Of a stretch of DNA of 32,000 nt, positions 1 to 8,484 are shown piece after piece. Each line of letters starts with the position of its first letter. Position 1 is the first letter of the stretch. Under the pieces are notes generated by a model that saw only the letters and a list, made by a program, of their open reading frames with translations, searched no databases and was not told where the DNA came from. This DNA is from Ruminococcus albus 7 = DSM 20455 (lineage in GTDB: Bacteria > Bacillota > Clostridia > Oscillospirales > Ruminococcaceae). Location of the stretch: positions 1,620,001-1,652,000 of the forward strand of contig NC_014833.1 in NCBI RefSeq assembly GCF_000179635.2, read 5' to 3'. A program made the translations under genes and the position numbers.

Positions 1-749
1 AGCCTGTGCATTTCCTGCACTATCGGCATACACCACTTCTCAGCTGCTGTACATACCCAGTTAGACATGGTAGCTTTCAGCAGAGGGATATGCTTTGATG
101 CAAGATCTTTCTCCTGACGATGCAGCGGAACGGCCTTTGCATATTTTTCATAGATGATGTGCGCCAGCAGTTCCGGTGAACAGAAGCTGCCTGGTATCAT
201 AGGCTTAGGGTACTCAGCACGGCGGATATTGCAGCGCTCGATGTCTTCAGAATGATCTGCATCGTTCTCAGGCTTTTCGCCGCACTCAGGGCATTTGTAG
301 GTATACACGATATGTCTGCGGACATGGAACTTTGCAGGCGTGTAGACAAGTTCGTCATACGCCTTTTCCTGACCTATCTCCTTCATTTCAGAACCGCAGT
401 TCTCACAAACGGGATGATCTTCCTTATGCTCGACTATCTCGAAATCCATTGTTTCCATCCAGTCATCGTGAGTACGCTTCTTTCTGCGTTTATGCTCAGG
501 GACTGTGACTGACTCAGCTATGTTCTGTGTCTGCGGCTTCTCTTCCTCCGGAAACAGAGAGAGCTGTGTGCAGTTATCCAGTATGACAGAGCTTTGCTCG
601 GTCTTGCGTCCGAACACCTGTTTTTTGAGCCAAGTCAGCTGTTCCTGTACAAAGGCAAGCTCTTCTTCAAGCACGGCAACTCTTGAACGGAGCGCAGCAT
701 TTTCCTGTGCCATTGTCATGTCATTTTTTACTGAATTCAGCTCAGACAT
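1..749 (-). CDS. tnpC: IS66-family transposase TnpC, N-terminal ~249 codons (gene continues past the left window edge)
   Basis: Hand translation of the minus strand from ATG 749-747 (GGAGGG 6 nt upstream) stays open to position 3: MSELNSVKNDMTMAQENAALRSRVAVLEEELAFVQEQLTWLKKQVFGRKTEQ...HPVCENCGSEM...YKCPECG... This is the coiled-coil plus zinc-ribbon N-terminus typical of IS66 TnpC. It lies directly downstream of IS66 orf1/orf2. It is absent from the ORF track because no stop falls in the window. Confidence 0.85.
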   Translation of the reverse strand, partial: MSELNSVKNDMTMAQENAALRSRVAVLEEELAFVQEQLTWLKKQVFGRKTEQSSVILDNCTQLSLFPEEEKPQTQNIAESVTVPEHKRRKKRTHDDWMETMDFEIVEHKEDHPVCENCGSEMKEIGQEKAYDELVYTPAKFHVRRHIVYTYKCPECGEKPENDADHSEDIERCNIRRAEYPKPMIPGSFCSPELLAHIIYEKYAKAVPLHRQEKDLASKHIPLLKATMSNWVCTAAEKWCMPIVQEMHR

Positions 750-841
750 ACTGCTCCCTCCGTTCCTTAAACTATACATATATTATACCACAATACAAGC
801 GAAAAAGCAAGGAAAATAGGCAAATTCTCCTTGCTTTTCGT

Positions 842-1198
842 TCAATAGATAAGCCCTGGTTGACCGTCTCTGATCGCTTTCGGCTGATCGATCGTCAGGC
901 CTTCAAGCAGCCATCTTGTCTGCTGAGGTGTCAGCAGTTTTGCCTCGGTTTCATTGCGAGGCCATTGAAACTGACCGTTGTCTAAGCGCTTGTACAACAA
1001 AAGAAATCCGTCTCGCTCCCACAGGAGACCTTTTATGCGGTCACGTCGTCTGCCGCAGAACAGAAAGAGAGCGCTGCTGAACGGATCGAGTCTGAGCTGC
1101 CCCTGTATTATCATGGCAAGTCCATCAATGGAACGGCGCAGATCGGTGTAACCGGTGACGAGGTAGACCTGCTGATTTGAAGAAAGATCGTTCAGCAT
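842..1198 (-). CDS. tnpB: IS66 Orf2 accessory protein (TnpB of IS66 family)
   Basis: 118-aa ORF MLNDLSSNQQVYLVTGYTDLRRSIDGLAMIIQGQLRLDPFSSALFLFCGRRRDRIKGLLWERDGFLLLYKRL... matches the highly conserved IS66 Orf2 pattern. It overlaps orf1 by 7 nt, as usual for IS66. Confidence 0.9.
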   Translation of the reverse strand: MLNDLSSNQQVYLVTGYTDLRRSIDGLAMIIQGQLRLDPFSSALFLFCGRRRDRIKGLLWERDGFLLLYKRLDNGQFQWPRNETEAKLLTPQQTRWLLEGLTIDQPKAIRDGQPGLIY

Positions 1199-1515
1199 AG
1201 GGCTTTCACCAGAGAGAGGAGAGTTTCGGGATCGATGTCTGACGGCAACGAGATCTGAAGATCATTTTTACCTATGTGGATCTCTGACTGACACTGCTGC
1301 TGCGGAATGTTGAGAGGAACTATGGCCGGAGCTTCAACGAACTGTTCACGGATCTTTTTCAGCCGGCAGTAGTAAGTGTTCGGCTTGATGCCGTTTTCTT
1401 CACACCACTGCTTTATGGTCAGGCCGCTTGCCTGCTGTGCTTTGATAAGTTCCGACCATTCCTGCAGGCGTACTGCCTGTCTGATCGTTGCGATCTCTGT
1501 TGTTTTATTCTGCAT
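1192..1515 (-). CDS. tnpA: IS66 Orf1 accessory protein (HTH, TnpA-like)
   Basis: MQNKTTEIATIRQAVRLQEWSELIKAQQASGLTIKQWCEENGIKPNTYYCRLKKIREQ... ATG at 1515 is preferred over the track start 1536 because GGGAGG sits 7 nt upstream. The orf1-orf2-tnpC order is typical of IS66. Confidence 0.8.
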   Translation of the reverse strand: MQNKTTEIATIRQAVRLQEWSELIKAQQASGLTIKQWCEENGIKPNTYYCRLKKIREQFVEAPAIVPLNIPQQQCQSEIHIGKNDLQISLPSDIDPETLLSLVKALC

Positions 1516-1736
1516 AATGATACCTCCCGTGTCCAACGGACTCTAATTTACTACATGGAGCTTTTTGAAGTTTTTTGGAATGTCCAATTTACTACATCAA
1601 GTTTCTTGGAGTTTATTATACATCATTGGACAACGGGAGGGAAGACGCGGGATATTTTACTCTTACTTTTGGATAATATTCAATTTACGTTACTAACCCA
1701 TTATCAAAACGAATATCGCTTGAGTTAGTTTGTGAA

Positions 1737-1744
1737 TTGTTATA
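1737..1744. repeat. 8-bp target-site duplication TTGTTATA, left copy, of IS1595 copy 1
   Basis: TTGTTATA directly abuts the IS left end at 1745. The identical octamer abuts the right end at 2768-2775. Confidence 0.8.
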
Positions 1745-2767
1745 CATGGTTATCCCTTTAACACACCACAGATAATTTACAATGCTGTCCAAATAAACAG
1801 ACCTCAAAACTCAGAAAATATAGTATAATAGTGACAGAAACCGAAGGGAGCTGTCGCTATGTCAAAAAGATTTCCGAAACCTGAGATCACACTTGATGGG
1901 ATATACTCAAAGTTCGCAGATGAAAGCTTTTGCAAGGATTTTCTGCTTGATATCCGCTTTGAAAAGGGCTTTGCCTGCCCGTTTTGCGGTGGCTCTGAGT
2001 ACCGCAGGATAAGGTCACGCCATCTGCTGCGCTGCAAGTTCTGTAAAGCTGATATATCCGCCACAAACGGAACTTTTATGCACAGAACACATATTCCGCT
2101 GAGGCTGTGGATAATCACCGCATTCCTCATTATGAGCAACAAATGCAGCGTTTCTGCTGTTACACTTATGAGAAATTTGGGAGTGACCTACAAGACTGCA
2201 TGGTACATCCTTCACCGCATCAGAAAAGCTATGAAATGCCGTGAAAAACGCTATTTGCTGGACGGTATAGTTGAGCTTGACGACACCTATCTCGGTGCTC
2301 CGACTCACGGTAAAAAGCGCGGCAGAGGTACTGAAAAAGTCAAGATGATCGTAGCTTTATCGAAGAACGCAGCAGGAAATCCCGAGTACGTTAAAATGAG
2401 CGATGTGCCAAATTTAAAGGGCATAACTGTGGGTAGATTTGCCAGGGATAATATCCGCGCAGGCTCGAAGATCGAGAGTGATAATGCTCGAAGTTACAAG
2501 AAACCGCTGGCACAGAAATACTTCCATGTTTTTGAGACATATGATCCAACAAGCGGTCAGCTGAACTGGATGCATAAAGTTATATCAAACTTCAAAGCAA
2601 TGATCATGGGAACTTACCACGGAAACGAAAAGATCCACACAGCGTTATATGCTGCCGAATACTGCTACAAATTCAACCGTCGTAAGCTGGGAAACAGTGC
2701 GTATTTAAGGCTTTTGGCTGCTTTGGTGCAGTGATCTTACTTGTGGTGTGTTAAGGGGATAACCATA
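1745..2767 (+). mobile_element. IS1595-family insertion sequence, copy 1 (1023 bp)
   Basis: Terminal inverted repeats CATGGTTATCCCTTTAACACACCACA (1745-1770) and TGTGGTGTGTTAAGGGGATAACCATA (2742-2767) match at 24/26. It has a single transposase gene and an 8-bp TSD. Confidence 0.85.
1859..2734 (+). CDS. IS1595-family transposase (N-terminal zinc ribbon plus DDE domain)
   Basis: 291 aa. CPFCGGSEYRRIRSRHLLRCKFCKADIS forms the zinc ribbon. IVELDDTYLG...IVALS...SKIESDNARSY...YHG is the IS1595/ISXO2-like DDE pattern. RBS GAAGGGAG lies upstream. Confidence 0.9.
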   Translation: MSKRFPKPEITLDGIYSKFADESFCKDFLLDIRFEKGFACPFCGGSEYRRIRSRHLLRCKFCKADISATNGTFMHRTHIPLRLWIITAFLIMSNKCSVSAVTLMRNLGVTYKTAWYILHRIRKAMKCREKRYLLDGIVELDDTYLGAPTHGKKRGRGTEKVKMIVALSKNAAGNPEYVKMSDVPNLKGITVGRFARDNIRAGSKIESDNARSYKKPLAQKYFHVFETYDPTSGQLNWMHKVISNFKAMIMGTYHGNEKIHTALYAAEYCYKFNRRKLGNSAYLRLLAALVQ

Positions 2768-2775
2768 TTGTTATA
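2768..2775. repeat. 8-bp target-site duplication TTGTTATA, right copy, of IS1595 copy 1
   Basis: Identical to 1737-1744. Confidence 0.8.
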
Positions 2776-2851
2776 TAGTTAAATTTTCTCAACTTAGTAA
2801 CTTCATATAGTAATTTGAAGTATTATACATATAATATGTCAATGATTAATA

Positions 2852-2880
2852 TTGACTTTAATTGTCCCGCGTGGTAAAAT
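2852..2880 (+). promoter_or_regulatory. Putative sigma-A promoter of the 1205-aa gene
   Basis: TTGACT (2852-2857), 17-nt spacer, TAAAAT (2875-2880), about 50 nt upstream of the ATG. A 6-bp inverted repeat GTCAAT..ATTGAC overlaps the -35 box. Confidence 0.4.
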
Positions 2881-2928
2881 TAAAGTGTATTGTTAATTTA
2901 ATAATAGAATTAATCTACAGGAGGTAAA

Positions 2929-5900
2929 ATGATGTTAAAGAAACATGAAAAGAATCTTAAACGCACGATTTCCAGTATCTTAGCTTTGATGATGACAGCA
3001 GGACTGTTGCCATCAAATGCTGTATTTGCTGAATCTAAGGCGAAACAGCACAGGACATATATAGGAGATGGATACACAGTTTATTGTGATGTCACTTCAA
3101 TATGGGGCGATAGTAGCAATGTTAGTTTCACACTGACAAATACGAGTAATGAAACCATAAAAAACTGGGCGCTTTGTTTTGATAACGATGGAGATATCGA
3201 TAATATATGGAATGGTGTGGTATTCGGTAAAGTTGATGAACTGACGATAATCAAGAATAATGAATATAATTATGAAGTCAAACCTAACGAAAGCGTTACT
3301 TTCGGCTATACAGTATTAGGAGATGATGAACTTCCGGATACAGTGGCTTTAAGGTCCCAGGAAAAGAGTTATGATCCAAGTAAATATACAGTGACGCTCA
3401 ATGTGGAGAATGACTGGGATACTGGATTTACGGGTAATATAGCTATACAGGCTGTCGGAGATGAACCCATAGAGGCATGGAAGTTGAGATTTAATGCAAA
3501 TTTTGCTCTTGAACGTGTCTGGAATGCCAACGCAACAGAATCGAATGGCAGTAGCTACGTTGTTGATAGCGATTATACAACCGCTTTTATTCATCCGGGT
3601 GAGACTAAGTCTTTTGGTGTGAGCGGAACAAAGATATGTGGTAAACTTCCTGAGATAACAGATATTTCTCTAAGCGGAATTACCGTTTCAGGTGATACCA
3701 ATCAGTACGTTCTTCCCGAAATCAGCGAGAATGACAGTTCCGAAATTGAAAGCAGTTCAGCTCTCGAAAGCACCCCCAAGGTTGAAGACTGTTCTTCAGA
3801 AGCTTCTTTTGAAAATGAAGATAGTTCAAGTTCAAGTGTTCCAGATAATTCGAATATACTTGATGACAGCAGTAAGTCAGAGTTCGAAGATATCAGCATT
3901 GATTTCGATATGACAGGCTTTGAGAAGAATGTTCTAGATACGTACACTCTAATTGATCCTATATATGAACTCAGAGGTTCAATAACAGGCAAAAACAGAG
4001 TTAAAAAGCTTGAGTATTTCGTTAAGAACGCTGCAGAAGAAGTGATTTCTAATGGAGAAATCAAGGTAAATGATAAGTGGATTATAAATGATTTCAACCT
4101 TGATATTGGTATAAACAAGTTAACTGTAACGGCATACGATAACGAAGGTGAGATAGGATCGAACAGCATCGAGATTTTAAATTTAAATACGGATAATCTC
4201 TCCAGAACAGATGTCGATCTCGATGATGATGACGGAGATAATCTACAAAACTATTTTGAAAAGATATTAGGATTAGATCCTCAAAAAGCGGATACTGATG
4301 GAGATGGACTGAATGATTATGATGAATTCATACTTATTGGTACAGATCCTCTGAATAGTGATACAGATAAAGATGGCCTTAACGATCTTTCTGATATCAA
4401 AATGGGATTTGACCCTAATAAAGTAGATACCGATGGTGACGGTGTGATTGACTCTGAAGAAATAGTTCCTCAAGAAATTACCTTAAATGTGAAAGAACCT
4501 GAGGTGGAAGGTCTTGTTTCAATACATATCTCTACAGAAACAAACGGAGACATAAACAGCAATGCATTCCTGAAGAGTGTTTACGGTATTGACTCTCTGG
4601 CATCTTCAGCTCCAGGACTTATCGGTGTACCTGTTGATATAACATTCGGAACTAATTTTGAAAAAGCAAAGGTAACTTTCACCTACGATGATACAAAACT
4701 CGGTAATACCGATGAGAATGACCTGGGTATTATCTGGCATGATACTGCTAACAATAAGCTTGTTTTACTTGAAAATACAGTCGTTGATACGGAGAATAAT
4801 ACAGTCACATATGATACAACTCATTTCTCGACATATGCTGTTGTAGATAAGAAAAAATTCTCATTTCCGGATATAATGACATATATCGATCTAACAAGTG
4901 TCAATATCAGAAACCATATCAATGTATATACAGATGTATTTGCAGGAAATAGCAATTCAGAAAAGAATGCTAACGCTATTGCTTTCTGTGACAGAATGAT
5001 TGAGTTGTGGCGTGATGATGACTTCCTGTTGTTCAGTTACAGTGGAGGAGGAGCAGGAGGATATAAAAAGAATTTCAGCGAAGGTGTGATCAATGATCAT
5101 TGTCGCAAGATGATATCCGGTGAGAATGGCACAAAAAGAATAAACCCATACATTTGTCTTATGACATTGGGAAGACATGACGAAAATTACTATAAGGATT
5201 CCGAACTAATCACCACTGTAATAATGACTGACGGTACAAATGCCGAAAAGTTTTCCGAAGTTGATAACTATGTAATGCGTATCAATCAGGCACATAATAA
5301 CGTTTATGTTATTGATTTCGGTGAAAAGTATGATGCTGATATGGCGGGAACAATAGGACTGTGCGGTGGAAGATATATAAAAGTAAAAGATAAAATCGGC
5401 GCTATTTCAGCAGCATATGATGTAAAATACAATACTCATACATCGCAGAATGATAATCCAAGTAATCCCGGAGATGGTTCTGAAGATTTGGATGGAGATG
5501 GAATCCTTAACACTAAGGATAATCAAAGGTATCATAAAAACAACTATCCATCAGTTCTTGTTGATTACATTAATAATGATATAGTAGATATGGATTACAC
5601 AGAAGAAACAGATGATTATTTCGTTATATGTAAAACTCCTTTGTCTGAAATCCTGTTATCTTGTGATGTTAACACTTTGACAGATAATGATGGAGATGAA
5701 CTTCCAGTTGAAAATTACTATGATGACTGGTATATAATGGCTTTAAATCGCTTTGGTAAAGAAACTTACGGATTATACAAAATGCGTGAACAGGAATATG
5801 ATTCCGATGATAAGCATGATAATAATGAGCCCGGCGTTACAATTTCTTTTGTGGAGTTTGATATAAGCAAATTAAATGACGTGATCTATCATAATACCTC

Positions 5901-6546
5901 AGATACATCAGACTTGTATAATGAAATAGACAAAGTTGTATACGTTCCAGATGCACCATATTCATCAGAATTACAATCCTATTTTGTGGATGTTGATTCA
6001 GATGCACCGTATCTGATCGCAGAAGCCTATGTGGATAAGATTGCAAATTCTTATTCAATTTCATCAATACCTTTTCCCAATAATCTAAATCATATTTATG
6101 ATGGAATAGATAACCTCAATGAAGCGATAGACAGTATTCTTATGCCGGATCCTCTAACAAATGCTGAACTCTATTCAAAAAGACAAGAGTTAAGAAGAGT
6201 ACCGGATGCTTTGTCTGATTGTAATAATAATTTTGGAAGTATTATAGCTGACGAAAATAATAAAGTAATCAGCATCTCAAGTTCCAGCAACTTGGATTAC
6301 TATGAAAAAAAAGCTATTTTGAGTGCATATACTGCCGATACTTCATTTAATATGTTTGCTGCTGAAGTTCAGGCTCATGCGGAATACCTCGAAGATACAT
6401 TATCTATTTTCGATTGGTTTTATAGCCGTGCTCTTCGTGCTGATATGGGAATTGGCGAAGAATATGAAAGCGGAATGTTCGATAGCTATTACGATCCCAA
6501 CGATAGTAGAGTAGTAGCACAGGCGAATGCACACGGAGCTTATTAA
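2929..6546 (+). CDS. Large secreted modular protein: signal peptide, 2x CBM2-like modules, Ser/Glu-rich linker, Ig-like region, thrombospondin type-3 Ca-binding repeats, VWA-like region, unassigned ~335-aa C-terminal module
   Basis: AGGAGG RBS. N-terminus is MMLKKHEKNLKRTISSILALMMTAGLLPSNAVFAES. Two modules fit the CBM2 pattern (...WGDSSNVSFTLTNTSNETIKNWALCFD...IWNG... and ...WDTGFTGNIAIQAVGDEPIEAWKLRFN...VWNA...). Repeats DTDGDGLNDYDE / DTDKDGLNDLSD / DTDGDGVIDSEE / DLDGDGILNTKD are present. I cannot place the C-terminal 5530-6543 in any family. Confidence 0.85.
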   Translation: MMLKKHEKNLKRTISSILALMMTAGLLPSNAVFAESKAKQHRTYIGDGYTVYCDVTSIWGDSSNVSFTLTNTSNETIKNWALCFDNDGDIDNIWNGVVFGKVDELTIIKNNEYNYEVKPNESVTFGYTVLGDDELPDTVALRSQEKSYDPSKYTVTLNVENDWDTGFTGNIAIQAVGDEPIEAWKLRFNANFALERVWNANATESNGSSYVVDSDYTTAFIHPGETKSFGVSGTKICGKLPEITDISLSGITVSGDTNQYVLPEISENDSSEIESSSALESTPKVEDCSSEASFENEDSSSSSVPDNSNILDDSSKSEFEDISIDFDMTGFEKNVLDTYTLIDPIYELRGSITGKNRVKKLEYFVKNAAEEVISNGEIKVNDKWIINDFNLDIGINKLTVTAYDNEGEIGSNSIEILNLNTDNLSRTDVDLDDDDGDNLQNYFEKILGLDPQKADTDGDGLNDYDEFILIGTDPLNSDTDKDGLNDLSDIKMGFDPNKVDTDGDGVIDSEEIVPQEITLNVKEPEVEGLVSIHISTETNGDINSNAFLKSVYGIDSLASSAPGLIGVPVDITFGTNFEKAKVTFTYDDTKLGNTDENDLGIIWHDTANNKLVLLENTVVDTENNTVTYDTTHFSTYAVVDKKKFSFPDIMTYIDLTSVNIRNHINVYTDVFAGNSNSEKNANAIAFCDRMIELWRDDDFLLFSYSGGGAGGYKKNFSEGVINDHCRKMISGENGTKRINPYICLMTLGRHDENYYKDSELITTVIMTDGTNAEKFSEVDNYVMRINQAHNNVYVIDFGEKYDADMAGTIGLCGGRYIKVKDKIGAISAAYDVKYNTHTSQNDNPSNPGDGSEDLDGDGILNTKDNQRYHKNNYPSVLVDYINNDIVDMDYTEETDDYFVICKTPLSEILLSCDVNTLTDNDGDELPVENYYDDWYIMALNRFGKETYGLYKMREQEYDSDDKHDNNEPGVTISFVEFDISKLNDVIYHNTSDTSDLYNEIDKVVYVPDAPYSSELQSYFVDVDSDAPYLIAEAYVDKIANSYSISSIPFPNNLNHIYDGIDNLNEAIDSILMPDPLTNAELYSKRQELRRVPDALSDCNNNFGSIIADENNKVISISSSSNLDYYEKKAILSAYTADTSFNMFAAEVQAHAEYLEDTLSIFDWFYSRALRADMGIGEEYESGMFDSYYDPNDSRVVAQANAHGAY

Positions 6547-6547
6547 G

Positions 6548-6856
6548 ATGATCAATAAAAAGAATATATGCATTATAAGTGCAGCAGTGCTGTTGATCAT
6601 ATTTTCTGTTGTATTTTATATTTCTCATAAGACGAATATAAAGTATAATGATTGGTCTGTTTTGGGGCATACTTTTGATGAAGTTGAGCAAAAGTATGGA
6701 AAATTCGATGTGGATTATGGCAGAAAAAAAGCATATTGTATTAGTGCTAAAAATTCAAATGGACATCTACCATATGATCCTGAATACTATTGGATGGAAT
6801 CAGATGAATCAGGAATTATTGTAGAGGTATATGTTGAAGGCAAGCCGGGTGGATAA
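6548..6856 (+). CDS. Small membrane-anchored protein (102 aa), candidate cognate immunity/partner of the upstream gene
   Basis: ATG lies 1 nt after the TAA of the upstream gene, with GGAG 9 nt upstream. MINKKNICIISAAVLLIIFSVVFYISHK is one N-terminal TM helix, followed by a ~70-aa soluble part (LGHTFDEVEQKYGKFD..., reminiscent of SmpA/OmlA-BLIP-like folds). The track start 6527 overlaps the upstream CDS and is less likely. Confidence 0.6.
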   Translation: MINKKNICIISAAVLLIIFSVVFYISHKTNIKYNDWSVLGHTFDEVEQKYGKFDVDYGRKKAYCISAKNSNGHLPYDPEYYWMESDESGIIVEVYVEGKPGG

Positions 6857-6966
6857 TAAAACACTTAATCTACTGGCAAACTCAAAATAATTCCATCACT
6901 ACTTACGCTAAACGCTGTGTTGAGGCAATTTTAAATTCTGCGTAAACTCAAAGCAGTACATATATG

Positions 6967-6999
6967 AAAAGACCGATTGTGAAAGCAGTCGGTCTTTAA
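6967..6999 (+). terminator. Weak hairpin terminator
   Basis: AAGACCGA (6969-6976) pairs with TCGGTCTT (6989-6996), followed by only TTT. Confidence 0.3.
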
Positions 7000-7055
7000 A
7001 TTCGAAATCCTGATAAGTTCGAGATTGATTAAATTGTTGTGAGCTTTATTATAGA

Positions 7056-7096
7056 ATCACTCGTAAAAATCATCTTTTTTGAACTGATGTCACAAG
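7056..7096 (+). repeat. 41-nt direct repeat, copy 1 (partner at 19953-19993)
   Basis: AATCACTCGTAAAAATCATCTTTTTTGAACTGATGTCACAA versus AATCACTCGAAATAATCATCTTTTTTGAACTGATGTCACAA, 39/41 identical. Confidence 0.8.
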
Positions 7097-7103
7097 TAAA
7101 CCT

Positions 7104-7131
7104 CGTAAACGTAAAGTTTGCGGGGTTTTTT
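7104..7131 (+). terminator. Hairpin plus T-run following repeat copy 1
   Basis: CGTAAAC (7104-7110) pairs with GTTTGCG (7116-7122, one G-U), then GGGTTTTTTGTTG. The same TTTTTTGTTG tail follows the partner copy at 20044. Confidence 0.4.
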
Positions 7132-7365
7132 GTTGTTTATAAAGCTATTACAAGTGTCCGTAATATTACCCGACTAATTGCAAATTGGCAGGTGGAGTAA
7201 GAAACATAATTAAATCGGAAACGAACAAAGAAGAAGTACTAAAGAAAGATTATTACGAGGACTATAATAAATATCCAGGTGATCACTTCGTGCTTTTTAA
7301 TACACTTAGGAAAGCACAGGAATATGCAGATAAGCTATCAGAAGAAAGCTAATGGAGAAACAGAC

Positions 7366-7587
7366 ATGAAGAACTTAACAGAATTAGAAAAACTTAAAAG
7401 AAAAGACAATGATCTCTATTTCAGTAACGGAAAACCGAAAAAGATGCACATGATGTGCCGTGATCCTTCCTATATCAGAGAAATAATTCACATTAACGGA
7501 AGGTATAATTTGGATTGGTGCTGTGCCGGAGGCAGGTGTCCTTTCTATTCTACGGGCTGTGATGATAAAGGCAGAGAATGGGGGTAA
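7366..7587 (+). CDS. Small Cys-rich hypothetical protein (73 aa)
   Basis: GGAG lies 8 nt upstream of ATG 7366. Sequence: MKNLTELEKLKRKDNDLYFSNGKPKKMHMMCRDPSYIREIIHINGRYNLDWCCAGGRCPFYSTGCDDKGREWG. No family recognised. The upstream extension in the track (7279) has no RBS. Confidence 0.45.
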   Translation: MKNLTELEKLKRKDNDLYFSNGKPKKMHMMCRDPSYIREIIHINGRYNLDWCCAGGRCPFYSTGCDDKGREWG

Positions 7588-7592
7588 TAATT

Positions 7593-7790
7593 ATGGATAT
7601 ACTTAAGATAATTGGTACAACAGAAGACGAGCTGGAAATGGCAATGGCTCTTTCAGAAGTGAATCAGTATCTTGCAACGAAACAGAGCAGGGGACAAAGG
7701 TCGGATTCTAGTATAACGGACAGTTTATCAGTATTATTTTTTTTGATGAACCTACCCGAGCACCTTACGAACAAACCAAAAGTGCGATAA
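7593..7790 (+). CDS. Hypothetical protein (65 aa)
   Basis: ATG lies 5 nt after the previous stop. MDILKIIGTTEDELEMAMALSEVNQYLATKQSRG... A terminator follows. No family recognised. Confidence 0.4.
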   Translation: MDILKIIGTTEDELEMAMALSEVNQYLATKQSRGQRSDSSITDSLSVLFFLMNLPEHLTNKPKVR

Positions 7791-7813
7791 ACAGACGATT
7801 TTGCTATTATAAA

Positions 7814-7853
7814 AGGCGATGCTCTCCGATGATACTGGAGAACATCGCTTTTT
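7814..7853 (+). terminator. Rho-independent terminator
   Basis: GCGATGCTCTCC (7816-7827) pairs with GGAGAACATCGC (7837-7848, one mismatch), followed by TTTTT. Confidence 0.6.
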
Positions 7854-7930
7854 ATATGTATAATCGTAAGCTCCATAGATGTTTCGATACCCCCTGCTCA
7901 ATAAAGTGAATTTAGGGGACTGACGAGAAC

Positions 7931-7959
7931 TTGACAATACGGGTGTTATGTGATAATCT
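7931..7959 (+). promoter_or_regulatory. Putative promoter of the ECF sigma operon
   Basis: TTGACA (7931-7936) followed by TGtGATAAT (extended -10-like, 7949-7957). The spacer is 15-17 nt depending on which hexamer is chosen. Confidence 0.35.
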
Positions 7960-7995
7960 ATATACTATAACGCTCACCGAGAGGAGGGACAGATA

Positions 7996-8484
7996 TTGCC
8001 TTTGCTGAAAAGCTACGAAGATGAAGAAGTATTTGAGCGACTGTATCATCAATATGTGAAGCTGATGCTGCACACTGCCTATCAGATTTTACAAAACAGC
8101 GAAGAAGCAGAGGACGCTGTCCAGACTGCCTTTCTGCGTATCGCAACGCATTTTTCAAGCATCGAAAAAAATATCTGTCCAAAAACGGCAAACCAATTCG
8201 TAATAATAGTCAGAAACATTGCGATCGATATATACCGGAAGAAAAAACGCGAGGCTGTGGTACCGCTCCTTGAGGAAACCGTTTCGGAGGACTTCCGCAC
8301 AGATTCGCTGGACGAAGCAATGCAGGCACTGCCGCAGGAGATGCGGGATATCCTGTATCTGCATCACATCTACGGGCTGTCCGTCAAGGAGATTGCCAAG
8401 CTGCTGAATCTGAAGCAGGATGCGGTCTATAAGCGATTGCAGCGTGCGGCTGCACGACTGAAAAAGATGATGGAGGAGGGATGA
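7996..8484 (+). CDS. ECF-type sigma-70 family RNA polymerase sigma factor
   Basis: TTG start with GGAGGG 8 nt upstream. Region 2 is EDAVQTAFLRIATHF...IVRNIAIDIYRKKKRE. Region 4 is LPQEMRDILYLHHIYGLSVKEIAKLLNLKQDAVYKRLQRAAARLKK. Confidence 0.9.
   Translation: MPLLKSYEDEEVFERLYHQYVKLMLHTAYQILQNSEEAEDAVQTAFLRIATHFSSIEKNICPKTANQFVIIVRNIAIDIYRKKKREAVVPLLEETVSEDFRTDSLDEAMQALPQEMRDILYLHHIYGLSVKEIAKLLNLKQDAVYKRLQRAAARLKKMMEEG

Larger units (their letters stand above)
1..1666 (-). mobile_element. IS66-family insertion sequence, copy A (partial; the other end lies outside the window)
   Basis: Three-gene IS66 organisation. The minus-strand terminus reads GTAAGAGTAAAATATCCCGCGTCTTCCCTCC..., which resembles the GTAAGCG-type IS66 terminus of copy B at 29740. 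The exact end (about 1650-1670) is uncertain. Confidence 0.7.

Noticed and set aside
252-985. Three plus-strand ORFs (252-512, 505-819, 683-985) in the track
   Set aside because: They lie antisense to the well-supported IS66 tnpC and orf2 genes, have no RBS and have Cys/Ser/Leu-rich junk composition. They are shadow ORFs.
1804-2308. Minus-strand ORFs inside IS1595 (1804-2142, 2015-2308), mirrored at 24226-24730
   Set aside because: They are antisense to the transposase gene. They recur only because the IS itself is duplicated, so the duplication is not evidence of coding.
4210-4460. Apparent tandem DNA repeats (GATACTGATGGAGATGG-like units)
   Set aside because: They are the coding sequence of thrombospondin type-3 Ca-binding repeats (DTDGDG...) within the large CDS. 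They are not a satellite or a CRISPR-like array.
3349-6691. Many short ORFs on both strands inside the 1205-aa gene and its partner (for example 3702-4169 minus, 6323-6514 plus, 6400-6691 minus)
   Set aside because: They are embedded in, or antisense to, a long ORF with clear domain structure. Composition is low-complexity Ser/Leu/Ile typical of wrong-frame translation.
7164-7352. Open frame ending ...KKDYYEDYNKYPGDHFVLFNTLRKAQEYADKLSEES*
   Set aside because: It has no ATG/GTG start and no RBS (only a TTG at 7185), and I recognise no family. It is probably the 3' relic of a deleted gene, which is too weak to annotate.
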